Assembly: GCA_965199825.1 (NCBI GenBank)
Contig: OZ241329.1
Location: forward strand, 1,536,001 to 1,600,000
Origin: Bdellovibrionales bacterium
GTDB taxonomy: Bacteria; Bdellovibrionota; Bdellovibrionia; Bdellovibrionales; UBA1609
DNA: 64,000 bases
Direction: 5' to 3'
How positions within the stretch are numbered: position 1 is the first letter of the stretch; every line of letters begins with the position of its first letter. The notes under the pieces are model-generated. The model was not told the origin of the DNA. It saw nothing but the letters and a program-made list of their open reading frames with translations, and searched no databases. Below, piece after piece: positions 29,455 through 38,446 of this stretch. Both the position numbers and the translations under genes were made by a program.

Positions 29455-29895
29455 ATGCTTTTATTTTTATTTCTCTCGCTGTTATCCGCACATGCGGGTC
29501 CCAAAAAAAATCCTTTAACGCCGTCGAGATGCGAACGACTTTGTGATCAAACTTTTGAAAGCCTTCGACTGAATGATTTGATTGCGGTAGATTTTGTTTT
29601 CAATGGCAGAAAAACGAGCGCCGCTGGAATCATCTTGGATCTTTCTCATGATTCGATAGTTTTTGGTAGAACACATGTCTACAGAGACGAAATCACCGCG
29701 ATTCGTCTTGCGAGGGTGAATGCCGAAACCGAAGTCGTCTATGGAGTCGGCAACTCAAGAGATCTCGCAAAGGGAAAATATCTTGGATTCTCATTCACCG
29801 CGAATAGCATCAAAATTGGATCGCGAGATGTTGTCATTTCTGAAATCATAGACATTACTGGAGTCAAAGTTAAAACCTTTGAGTTGCAAGAGTAG
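29455..29895 (+). CDS. Hypothetical secreted protein, paralogue of 31371-31805
   Basis: Signal peptide (AHA); shares SLRxND, NG, AG, GVGxS and GxYxGFxFT motifs with the paralogue. Confidence 0.7.
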   Translation: MLLFLFLSLLSAHAGPKKNPLTPSRCERLCDQTFESLRLNDLIAVDFVFNGRKTSAAGIILDLSHDSIVFGRTHVYRDEITAIRLARVNAETEVVYGVGNSRDLAKGKYLGFSFTANSIKIGSRDVVISEIIDITGVKVKTFELQE

Positions 29896-29952
29896 ACCTA
29901 CCTTCGTTCACAAATTCTAGCGCAATGCTGGTCCCATTTTATGCTGGGCGAA

Positions 29953-30066
29953 ACAACGAAATCTCCGGTGGTGTTGAAAACTTTGTTGGGTCTATTTTGT
30001 GTTCGTTTGGTGTGCCCAATAAATTAAACCTGAATCAAAGACCGACACCGCCGGAGATTTCGTTGT
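29953..30066. repeat. 22-bp inverted repeat (REPIN-like doublet) with 70-nt spacer
   Basis: ACAACGAAATCTCCGGTGGTGT (29953-29974) / ACACCGCCGGAGATTTCGTTGT (30045-30066), one mismatch. Confidence 0.9.
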
Positions 30067-30092
30067 GCTTGAGCACCTAGTTTTGTTTTTTG

Positions 30093-30264
30093 AGTACAAA
30101 GTTGTCGTGCCCGCTCAAGTACAAAGTTGTCGTGCCCGCTCAAGTACACAGTTGTCGTGCCCGCTTAAGTACAAAGTTGTCGTGCCCACTTAAGTACAAA
30201 GTTGTCGTGCCCGCTTAAGTACAAAGTTGTCGTGCCCGCTTAAGTACAAAGTTGTCGTGCCCGC
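30093..30264 (-). repeat. Tandem array, 7 copies of 25-bp AGTACAAAGTTGTCGTGCCCGCT(C/T)A (GGGCACGA core on the minus strand)
   Basis: Units at 30093+25n, last truncated at 22 nt; single substitutions in units 3 and 4. Confidence 0.97.
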
Positions 30265-30459
30265 ACCTTTTATGTTGACAGGTTTTTCGGTCGACTTTTT
30301 GGCGAGGTATTTGGCTTAGACAGCGTTGGGGGCTTTTCAAAACAAAAAAATTCAATGGCCCATGTTTATAGCCAAAAAAAGCGTGTCTACTGAGACGCCA
30401 CTACCTCTCTATGTTGCGCTTCAAATTTCATTTCTAAAAGTCGTGCTAAACTTCGTCAA

Positions 30460-31287
30460 TTGGAGAAGAGATTTATAAACCATGAAATGATTCACACAAA
30501 GGCTTTGAAGGCTGCAGATCAACACCGACAAACAGAATTGCAATTGCTCAATTCTTTAGAAGAGGTTTGGAAAAACAGAACCTATTATAAATATGGATGT
30601 CGCTCATTGTTTGACTATTCAGTTTCGAAACTTGGGCTTTCTGAGGAGGTTGCGAGTATTTTTAATAAGCTGGCCAAAAAGTTTACCGACGTGCCCGAGC
30701 TTAAAACTGCAATTGCCTCAGGAAAGGTTTCGGTTTCAAAAATCAATCGGATCTGCAGCGTGACCAACAAATCCAATGTGGATAATTGGCTCAAAATCGC
30801 TGAAGGCTCCAAAAGAAATTTGGAAAAACAGATCGCATTGGCTCATCCTGAAAAAGCTTTGCCCGAGCGTTCACGATTAAAAGCGGTAGGCGAAACATTG
30901 AGAGTGGAAGTGAAGTTTTCTTTAACCGAAGAAAAATTTGAATCTTTCAAACGTGCGCAAGATCTTTTAAGCCAAAAGCTGCAACGCCCAGCGACGATCG
31001 AAGATCTAGTAAACGAAGCGACACAGCTTTTTTTAGAAAAGCATGATCCGTTAAAAAAATCGTGCCCGCCAACAAGAACCCAAACACTGAGCAGCGTATT
31101 TAAAAGAACAGTGCATCAACAGCATCACAGTCAGTGCACTCATATCAATAATCAAGGAGAGAGATGCACAGAGCAGCGATTCCTCCATATCCACCATATC
31201 GTTCCGCAATCCGAGGGCGGAACACATACTTTAGAAAATCTCACTTTGTTGTGCGCGGGCCATCATCGTGCCCATCACGTTCATTAA
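30460..31287 (+). CDS. HNH endonuclease with helical N-terminal (DUF222-like) region
   Basis: C-terminal QCTH..GERCTEQRFLHIHHIVPQSEGGTHTLENLTLLCAGHHRAHH; N-terminal YGCRSLFDYSVSKLGLSE; start TTG 30460 or ATG 30487. Confidence 0.88.
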   Translation: MEKRFINHEMIHTKALKAADQHRQTELQLLNSLEEVWKNRTYYKYGCRSLFDYSVSKLGLSEEVASIFNKLAKKFTDVPELKTAIASGKVSVSKINRICSVTNKSNVDNWLKIAEGSKRNLEKQIALAHPEKALPERSRLKAVGETLRVEVKFSLTEEKFESFKRAQDLLSQKLQRPATIEDLVNEATQLFLEKHDPLKKSCPPTRTQTLSSVFKRTVHQQHHSQCTHINNQGERCTEQRFLHIHHIVPQSEGGTHTLENLTLLCAGHHRAHHVH

Positions 31288-31370
31288 AGAGCGGTTGAGG
31301 TTCACACTCCTCAATTTATCAAAACTAAAGTTGTTGCCCATATCAACTGATTCTGTGTATCAAGCCACAA

Positions 31371-31805
31371 ATGATTTTATTAATAGTTTTTTCGCTACTC
31401 ACAGCGAACGCTGGGCAACACGGGCCTCTCCCTTACAATTGCAGAGTCCTCGAAACAGAAGCATTATTGAGCTTACGGCCCAATGACTTCGTTTCGATTT
31501 TATTTATCAAAAATGGCGAAACAAAAGTCACAGCAGGATTGTTTAGCCGGATTGCCGGTGATTACTTTGAAATCAACGAACAGCTTATTCTCATCGACCA
31601 AATTCGTGAGCTGCGGCGGGCTCGAATCGGTGACGAGCTTTATGTTGCCCATGGTGTAGGCAAGTCGTTAGGTTACGCAGCTGGAATATACCGCGGTTTT
31701 GATTTCACATCGGCGACCATCACCCTTGGAGACAATAAGATCAAACTGACCGAGCTTGTGGATTTCAACGGCCCCACAATTCAGCTTTTTAGCCGACAAA
31801 AATAA
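31371..31805 (+). CDS. Hypothetical secreted protein, paralogue of 29455-29895
   Basis: Signal peptide (ANA); colinear similarity with the upstream copy. Confidence 0.7.
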   Translation: MILLIVFSLLTANAGQHGPLPYNCRVLETEALLSLRPNDFVSILFIKNGETKVTAGLFSRIAGDYFEINEQLILIDQIRELRRARIGDELYVAHGVGKSLGYAAGIYRGFDFTSATITLGDNKIKLTELVDFNGPTIQLFSRQK

Positions 31806-31932
31806 GCATACACCGCCTAAAATCGTGTTCAAACCAAAGCCCAGCGCCAAAAATTGTCACTCACACAAGCAAAACTAGCCAGACCTCTAAGAGTTGGGAC
31901 AAATCCGTCTCTTCATGATACGATTTAAGGAT

Positions 31933-32235
31933 ATGAAAATCTCGAATCAAAAAAGTCAGAGCACCTCGCAGTCTGCTTCGACCACGAATCAAACAAAGGT
32001 TGATGGCCAAAAATCCGATGCGCTCAAAACTTCAAAATCTGAAAGCTCTTCGCAAGTCAATGTTTCGCCGCGCGCCCAACAAATGCTTAAGGCTAAAGAG
32101 ATTGCAAGCGGGGATTCGATCGATGAAGCTAAAGTTCAACGGTTGCAAAAACTAATTGATGATGGAAATTATAAAGTCGACGCCGAAGCGATTGCCGATC
32201 GCATGGTCGATACCGCAATGGCTTTTCCGGATTAA
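31933..32235 (+). CDS. flgM: Anti-sigma28 factor FlgM
   Basis: VNVSPRAQ...IDEAKVQRLQKLIDDGNYKVDAEAIADRM; ATG 31933 after AAGGA. Confidence 0.92.
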   Translation: MKISNQKSQSTSQSASTTNQTKVDGQKSDALKTSKSESSSQVNVSPRAQQMLKAKEIASGDSIDEAKVQRLQKLIDDGNYKVDAEAIADRMVDTAMAFPD

Positions 32236-32250
32236 GGGGACAAATATATA

Positions 32251-32763
32251 ATGCGAGCCGAGCTTGAACCGGTTTATAAAACGCTAAGCGAAATTCTTGA
32301 TGAACAAATTCGTGTTTATCGCCATCTTCTCGACATTGTACGCAAAGAAAAAGAAATTCTGATTTCTGCCAATCTTGACGACTTAAATGAAAATAATAAA
32401 TCCAAAGAAGCCATGATGCTGAAGGTAAAAGCTCTTGAAACCAGCCGCATTAAAATTGCAAGTGAACTTTCGAGTGGTCTTGGACTTTCGGCAGACCAAC
32501 CTCGGTTGCTCGATATGTCTTTACATGTAAGCGCGCCGTACAACGAAAAACTAAGAAATTTTCATGCGGTGTTAGATCTCTTGGTCAAACGGATTCAAGA
32601 ATACAACAAACAAAATGAAACTTTGGTGCAATCGGCTTTGAATAATATCACGGGCGCGATGAAAGCGGTTCGAGATACGCTTCAAGAAAAACCAACCTAT
32701 CAGCGCAAGGGCGAAATCGCTCCGGGCGCGCCATCAGGGCAGTTGGTCAGTAAGGAAGCCTAA
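32251..32763 (+). CDS. flgN: Flagellar export chaperone FlgN
   Basis: Helical, Y..LL.....KE.LI...LDDL; IQEYNKQNETLV; between flgM and flgK. Confidence 0.85.
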   Translation: MRAELEPVYKTLSEILDEQIRVYRHLLDIVRKEKEILISANLDDLNENNKSKEAMMLKVKALETSRIKIASELSSGLGLSADQPRLLDMSLHVSAPYNEKLRNFHAVLDLLVKRIQEYNKQNETLVQSALNNITGAMKAVRDTLQEKPTYQRKGEIAPGAPSGQLVSKEA

Positions 32764-32781
32764 AAAAATAGGGGAGACAGG

Positions 32782-34203
32782 ATGTCTCGCATTTGGTCCA
32801 TGATGGACGTAGGCAAACGGTCAATGTCGAATTCTCAAACGGCACTTCAGACTGTGAGCCACAACGTCGCAAATAAATCTACCGAAGGCTTTTCGCGACA
32901 ACGCGTTGAACTTCAAACTTCTGAACCTACTGGGTTTGGGGGATTGCGTATTGGTAATGGTGCAAAGCCAGGTGTGATTTCACGAACCAATGATGCCTAT
33001 CTCGAAAAACAAATCGAGCATGAAGGATCAGGTCTTGGATCGATGGAAGCGCGCTCCGACATGCTTGGCCGTGTTGAGCAGGTCTACAACGAGCAAGTCA
33101 ACAAGGGCCTCAATCAGTTTATGGCTCAGTTTTTTAATTCCTACAGAGAGCTTTCAAATAATCCAGAAAGCCTTGCGTCGCGAACGATGGTAAAAGAAAA
33201 CGCTGATTTTTTGGCCAAAGATTTTTCGCGCGTGCACAATCAGCTCACTGATATTCAAAAAGATGCCGACTATCGTCTGACAAAAGACGTGGACACCATC
33301 AATCAATACACCCATGAAATTGCTCAGCTGAATGAAAAAGTTCAGTTGGTCGAAAATCAGGGTGGCCCCGCCAATGACGAGCGCGATCGTCGTGATTTAT
33401 TAATTAAAAAATTAAGCGAAAAAATCAACATTCGCTACGGTGAAAGTAAATCAGGCCAAGTCACAATCACTGCGGGCAACACCGCAATTTTGGTCAGCGG
33501 ATTTTCGAGTCGAGATTTGACCACCGCAAGTACTCCAGCGCGCGAAGGAAAGCGTGAAGGCAGTTTGGACATTATGTACAAACCCTCCGATCATGCCACC
33601 GCCGTCAACATCACCAAACAAATCAATGGTGGAGAAATGGGCGGACTTCTAGAAGTGAGAGATGAAAAAATAAATCATCTTCTCGATGGTCTAGATGAGT
33701 TGGCGTTTGGTTTGAGTAACGAAATCAATAATGTTCATGTCAAAGGCTATGATGCTCAAGGGCGCAACGGGAATTTATTTTTTGAGCAAATTGATAAGAC
33801 CGATGCGGCAAAAAATTTAAAACTCGATGAGACTTTAGCAAACGACGTCGGTCGTATTTCGGCAGCCCAAGTGGCCAATGCCCCTGGTGATAACCGTGTG
33901 GCAAACGAGATCGCAAGCCTTCAGTATAAACAAGTGATGGGCGATCACTCCACATTCGACGAACACTACGCTGCCATTGTTGGTAAAGTGGGAATCGAAG
34001 CCTCGCGTGCGAACTCGGCCAGAGATTCACAAAAAGATATCGTCGGCCAACTTCGAAATTTACGCGAAAGCATCAGTGGCGTGAGTCTCGATGAAGAGAC
34101 AACAAAAATGATTGAGTTTCAAAAAGGTTTTGATGCCTCGGCTCGATTGATCAAAGCGGCCGATGAGATGATGGACACCGTGCTTTCATTAAAAAGGTTA
34201 TAA
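32782..34203 (+). CDS. flgK: Hook-associated protein FlgK
   Basis: VSHNVANKSTEGFSRQRV, NDERDRRD, SISGVSLDEE..MIEFQ. Confidence 0.95.
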   Translation: MSRIWSMMDVGKRSMSNSQTALQTVSHNVANKSTEGFSRQRVELQTSEPTGFGGLRIGNGAKPGVISRTNDAYLEKQIEHEGSGLGSMEARSDMLGRVEQVYNEQVNKGLNQFMAQFFNSYRELSNNPESLASRTMVKENADFLAKDFSRVHNQLTDIQKDADYRLTKDVDTINQYTHEIAQLNEKVQLVENQGGPANDERDRRDLLIKKLSEKINIRYGESKSGQVTITAGNTAILVSGFSSRDLTTASTPAREGKREGSLDIMYKPSDHATAVNITKQINGGEMGGLLEVRDEKINHLLDGLDELAFGLSNEINNVHVKGYDAQGRNGNLFFEQIDKTDAAKNLKLDETLANDVGRISAAQVANAPGDNRVANEIASLQYKQVMGDHSTFDEHYAAIVGKVGIEASRANSARDSQKDIVGQLRNLRESISGVSLDEETTKMIEFQKGFDASARLIKAADEMMDTVLSLKRL

Positions 34204-34207
34204 TTAG

Positions 34208-35137
34208 ATGCGCATTGCAGATAATATGATGTTTGACCAAGTGCGCGGAAACGTATCGCGCAACCGCACCGAGATGTCCGACTTGCAAAATCAAGCGGCG
34301 ACACAAAAACGTGTGACCAAACCCTCAGATGATCCAATCGCAGCCGCCCGTGTGCTGGGCTCTCGAGTGGATCTTGAAGGCAATAAGCAATATTTAAAAA
34401 ATCTCGATTACGCCAAATCATTTTTAGAATTTAGTGATCAGTCGCTTGGTGAATTGACCGATATGTTGGTGCGGGCAAAAGAGCTTGCGATCTATCAGGC
34501 CAACGATGCCGGCGCTAATGAAAAATCGCGGCGTGTGACCGCAGCCGAGATCGACCAAATCTTTAATCAAACGGTGAGTGTTGGAAATCGCAAACTGGGC
34601 GATCGATTTATTTTTGGTGGATTTGTAACCACATCGCCACCTTTCACTTCCGACGGTGAGTATTCAGGCGATGAGGGTGAGATGCTCATCAACACCGACA
34701 AGTCGCAATATATGGCGATGAATATTCCGGGCAATAAAGTTTTTTTTGGTGAGGGGTTGCAAACTCCAACCGGAAAGCCTCAGGAAGAAGGGCAATCGGA
34801 AGGACTCAATATTTTTCAAGCGGTAAGGGGATTATCCATTGCGCTTGAAACGAATGACAAAGCGGGCGTTCAAGATTCGCTCGAGGATCTCGATAGCGCA
34901 ATTTCTCAGGTTGTAACAGCTCGTGCTCAGGTCGGCTCGCGTGTGACCGCTTTAAACAATCTTTTTGAATCGCTACAAAAATCCAAGGTGGACGATCAGG
35001 TGGCAATTTCACAACAGCAGGATGCCGACGTGTTTCAGGTTGTGAGCGATATTAATAAAAATCAGAGTACACTGGAAGCAACTCTTCAGACTTCGGGCAA
35101 GATCATTCAAAAAAGTTTGATGGACTTTTTAAGGTAG
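34208..35137 (+). CDS. flgL: Hook-associated protein FlgL
   Basis: MRIAD, KRVTKPSDDP, RFIFGG, SLMDFLR. Confidence 0.95.
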   Translation: MRIADNMMFDQVRGNVSRNRTEMSDLQNQAATQKRVTKPSDDPIAAARVLGSRVDLEGNKQYLKNLDYAKSFLEFSDQSLGELTDMLVRAKELAIYQANDAGANEKSRRVTAAEIDQIFNQTVSVGNRKLGDRFIFGGFVTTSPPFTSDGEYSGDEGEMLINTDKSQYMAMNIPGNKVFFGEGLQTPTGKPQEEGQSEGLNIFQAVRGLSIALETNDKAGVQDSLEDLDSAISQVVTARAQVGSRVTALNNLFESLQKSKVDDQVAISQQQDADVFQVVSDINKNQSTLEATLQTSGKIIQKSLMDFLR

Positions 35138-35493
35138 TGCAAATTTGATCAAAACTCTGCAACAATTTTTGGTTAAAGGAATTAAATAAATTTAATTTAA
35201 ATAGGGTGAGGGCGGACAGCAGAAATGAACTTGAGATGATGAACAAAGATGCAACAGGCCTCCGCAAAAGCACTCCTAAAGCGGCATCTACCGCCATCTT
35301 AAAAATTTGCAGAACCAACCCTTGAAATAGACCAGCCCTAAACAAAAGAACCAAAGTCTAGAACCTTTCTTGACTTTAGATGAGCGAACACTTTACTACA
35401 GTTTCTGCTAATAAATGCCGTTATCTCTGGTGGGGCGAAGAGAAATGACGGCCTCTACTTAACTTTGACCAGGATGTTGAAGGAGACTCTGAA

Positions 35494-35721
35494 ATGTTGG
35501 TCCTCACACGAAAACTCGGCGAATCTATTGCGATCGATGATCATATCAAAATTCGCGTGGTGCAAATCAAAGGCAAACAAGTTCGACTTGGCATTGAAGC
35601 CCCAAAAGACACAAAAATTCATCGCGAAGAAGTTTACGCTGCAATTCAAAACCAAAACGAGGAATCTTCGACCACATCGTCGGATAGCACTCGCGCTGTA
35701 GCCAAACTGCTTAAAAAGTAA
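35494..35721 (+). CDS. csrA: Carbon storage regulator CsrA
   Basis: MLVLTRKLGESIAID...VRLGIEAPKDTKIHREEV. Confidence 0.97.
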   Translation: MLVLTRKLGESIAIDDHIKIRVVQIKGKQVRLGIEAPKDTKIHREEVYAAIQNQNEESSTTSSDSTRAVAKLLKK

Positions 35722-35798
35722 ATCACAATCCTGTCATTTTTGACTTGTCGTTTGATCGTATTGGTATCATCCTTTTTACTAGAGGGGGGCAACGTTCG

Positions 35799-36335
35799 AT
35801 GAAAATTCAGACAACTCGATTTGGCGTTGTCGCCATCAGCCAAGATGACATAATTGAATTTCGCGAAGGACTTTTGGGTTTTAATACTCTTAAGAATTTT
35901 GTTTTGCTCGATGACCCAAACGACGAGATCTTCGTCTGGCTCCAAAGCTGCGAAGAGCCTGCTATTGCGTTTCCAGTTTTAGAACCCGAGCTTTTTCAGC
36001 AAGACTTCAAAGTTTCACTCACAAAACACGATCTCGATTCGCTCAGACTGACATCAAATACTGGCGCTCGATTTTTTTGCATCATCACTATTCCCGATGA
36101 CCCCACTCAAATGACCGCAAACTTGAAGGCTCCCGTGGTGATCAATGTGATTGCCCGCATGGCAAGGCAATGTGTGCTCCAAGAAAATCATCTGGCCATA
36201 CGTGAGCCCATTTTTAATTTGCTCCAACAACGAGTGGTCCAAAATCCAACCCAGACCATCAAAGTGTCTTCGGCTGGTCTAGGTGTAAAAGTTCAAACAC
36301 CCGAACACAAAAAAGGTCCCGAAGCCGAAGCCTAA
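35799..36335 (+). CDS. fliW: Flagellar assembly factor / CsrA antagonist FliW
   Basis: TTRFG, F.EGLLGF, WLQS, MTANLKAPVVIN; ATG 35799. Confidence 0.94.
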   Translation: MKIQTTRFGVVAISQDDIIEFREGLLGFNTLKNFVLLDDPNDEIFVWLQSCEEPAIAFPVLEPELFQQDFKVSLTKHDLDSLRLTSNTGARFFCIITIPDDPTQMTANLKAPVVINVIARMARQCVLQENHLAIREPIFNLLQQRVVQNPTQTIKVSSAGLGVKVQTPEHKKGPEAEA

Positions 36336-36378
36336 AGCTTGCCCTCTTAAAGCCCGATAAAATTAAAGCCAGGATGGC
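36333..36378 (+). promoter_or_regulatory. Putative sigma28 promoter followed by a GGA hairpin (CsrA site)
   Basis: TAAAGCTT-N12-CCCGATAA (36333-36360); GCC-AGGAT-GGC hairpin at 36368-36378. Confidence 0.55.
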
Positions 36379-36416
36379 CTATTTTCACAGTAAGTGATTT
36401 TTTAAAAGGTCGGGCT

Positions 36417-36815
36417 ATGATTTTTATTTTACTTTTCAATATGGCATTTGCAGACATTGCAATTTTTGATTCCAAACGACCCATCAGCCTTTCTAATAGC
36501 GAAAAAACCGAACGCGACTATTACCTTGATGGTGGCATTGAGAAGGGTTTAAAAAATGGACAAATCGTCACCGTCAATCGACGCCTTACTGTTTATGATT
36601 CTCTTTTAAACCGCTCGCTGGGTGAGATGCTTGTGCCTGTGGCAAAACTTAAAATCGTTTTGGCCCAAAGAGGTCTAAGTGTTGCCCATTTCTATGAGCC
36701 CGCAAAGAGCTCGGTGAGCCTCGAAGATAATTTTGTGATGATTGGCGATCGACTCGATCTTACAACCGCTGAGGTTGAACTCGAAAAACCAGTGACGCCC
36801 CCTTCTGCCGAATAG
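36417..36815 (+). CDS. Hypothetical secreted protein
   Basis: Short signal peptide (AFA); YYLDGGIEKGLKNGQIVTVNR resembles the FlgT C-terminal beta-barrel type. Confidence 0.65.
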   Translation: MIFILLFNMAFADIAIFDSKRPISLSNSEKTERDYYLDGGIEKGLKNGQIVTVNRRLTVYDSLLNRSLGEMLVPVAKLKIVLAQRGLSVAHFYEPAKSSVSLEDNFVMIGDRLDLTTAEVELEKPVTPPSAE

Positions 36816-36829
36816 TACAACCCCATGCT

Positions 36830-37687
36830 ATGTATTTTGTTGTTCATGTTAAAGACTGGCCACGCGAATTAGAAGAATGGTTGATTGAGCGGGCCTTTGA
36901 CCGCGGTTGCGCAGGAATGAGCGAAAAGCTCGATTTCGTGCAGCTTGATTACGAAGCCGCAGCCGAAGAGCGCGTGAGCGATCCATACAATCTCGAAATT
37001 TATTTTACCACGCCAGTACCTTCATATTTTAACGAAGAGCTTTTGGCAAAATCAAACCAAGCCTCGGTTGTGATCACTTCGGAAGATGAAAAAGACTGGA
37101 TCGAAGAGTGGAAAAAAGGTTACGAGCCGTTTGAAATCGTCAAAGATATTTTTATTGTTCCCCGTTGGCGTGAAGCTCCAGAAAATGCCGAAAAAATTAT
37201 TTTGCTTGAGCCCGGGATGGCGTTTGGTACGGGCACTCACGAGACCACACAGCTGACCGCTCAGTTGATTCCTCGAATCAGTGACCAGACCGCTCTCGAT
37301 GTGGGAACGGGCACCGGAATTTTAGCCATGATTTGTGAGCGTTTGGGTTACAAAAATATTGTGGCTATCGATAGTGATCAAGAAGCGGTTCGGGTGGCGA
37401 GAGAAAATATTGCGATCAATTCCACCGAGCAAATTACGGTTCCTGAACTTTCTCTCAAACAAGTTCAAGGCCAATTTGATGTGGTGATTGCCAATATTGT
37501 TGATCATGTGCTGATCAAAATTGTTGATGATCTTTTTGAGCGACTCAATCCCAAAGGCTATGTGGTTCTCGGTGGGATTATGATCGAACATCTTGACGAT
37601 GTTTTAAAAGCTTTACCCCAATCGAATCTCAAAGTTGAACAACGCATTGGCAAAGAGTGGTGCAGTCTGCTTTGCCAGCTGACTTAA
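36830..37687 (+). CDS. prmA: Ribosomal protein L11 methyltransferase
   Basis: DWIEEWK, LEPGMAFGTGTHETT, LDVGTGTGILA, VIANI. Confidence 0.94.
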   Translation: MYFVVHVKDWPRELEEWLIERAFDRGCAGMSEKLDFVQLDYEAAAEERVSDPYNLEIYFTTPVPSYFNEELLAKSNQASVVITSEDEKDWIEEWKKGYEPFEIVKDIFIVPRWREAPENAEKIILLEPGMAFGTGTHETTQLTAQLIPRISDQTALDVGTGTGILAMICERLGYKNIVAIDSDQEAVRVARENIAINSTEQITVPELSLKQVQGQFDVVIANIVDHVLIKIVDDLFERLNPKGYVVLGGIMIEHLDDVLKALPQSNLKVEQRIGKEWCSLLCQLT

Positions 37688-37689
37688 AA

Positions 37690-38433
37690 ATGCGCCGGTT
37701 TTTTGTTGAACCCGATTTTATTTTTTCAGATCATGTGGCAATCGAAGGCGACGACTTTCATCACATCATTGGCGTTTGCCGAATGGAAACGGGCGCCCAT
37801 TTTGAAATCTTAACGAGCGAGCGCCGAGTTTTTTTTGTTGAACTCACAAAGATCGAAAAAAAGCGAGCCGATGCGACGATCTTAGAGACTCGAGTTTTGA
37901 AACCTCTCCCACTCCCACATCTTCATTTGGTTTTAAGTTTACCGCGACCCCAAAAACTCGATGCGATCGTTGAAAAATCGGTGGAGCTTGGGCTTCATAC
38001 CCTTCATTTGATGACATCGGATTATAGTTTTTTTCGCAAAGCCTCGGACTTTTCTGAGCATCGATTTGAGCGATTAAAAAAAATCGAAAAATCGGCTCGA
38101 CAACAAACTGCGCGAGGCGAACCAATGCTCATTACCGCAGTCAAAAATTTAGATCAGATCTTTGATGAATTCAAAAAATCTCAAGCCCAAGGGGTATTTG
38201 CTTACGAAGGCCAAAATGCGAGTGCAATGGCTGAACATTTTGCGAGTCTTCAGGCGCCAACTGAAATTTGGGCATTTGTGGGAAGCGAAGGCGGTTTTTC
38301 AGATCAGGAGGTTTTAAGGTTTAAAGATCAAAATCTAAAGCCGCTCACCATGGGCGAGCAGATCTTGCGAGTTGAAACGGCTTGCGTGGCTCTGATCAGC
38401 GTCATAAAGTATCATTTTCATGCTGGATTTTAA
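37690..38433 (+). CDS. rsmE: 16S rRNA m3U1498 methyltransferase
   Basis: MRRFFV, IVEKSVELG, VGSEGGFS, ILRVETA. Confidence 0.94.
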   Translation: MRRFFVEPDFIFSDHVAIEGDDFHHIIGVCRMETGAHFEILTSERRVFFVELTKIEKKRADATILETRVLKPLPLPHLHLVLSLPRPQKLDAIVEKSVELGLHTLHLMTSDYSFFRKASDFSEHRFERLKKIEKSARQQTARGEPMLITAVKNLDQIFDEFKKSQAQGVFAYEGQNASAMAEHFASLQAPTEIWAFVGSEGGFSDQEVLRFKDQNLKPLTMGEQILRVETACVALISVIKYHFHAGF

Positions 38434-38446
38434 TTCAGGAGGAACA

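Noticed and set aside
30093..30264. CRISPR array next to a nuclease
   Set aside because: Units are head-to-tail with no unique spacers, and there are no cas genes in the window
35103..35354. 83-aa minus-strand ORF or riboswitch in the flgL-csrA spacer
   Set aside because: No RBS or domain, and no recognisable c-di-GMP or other riboswitch consensus
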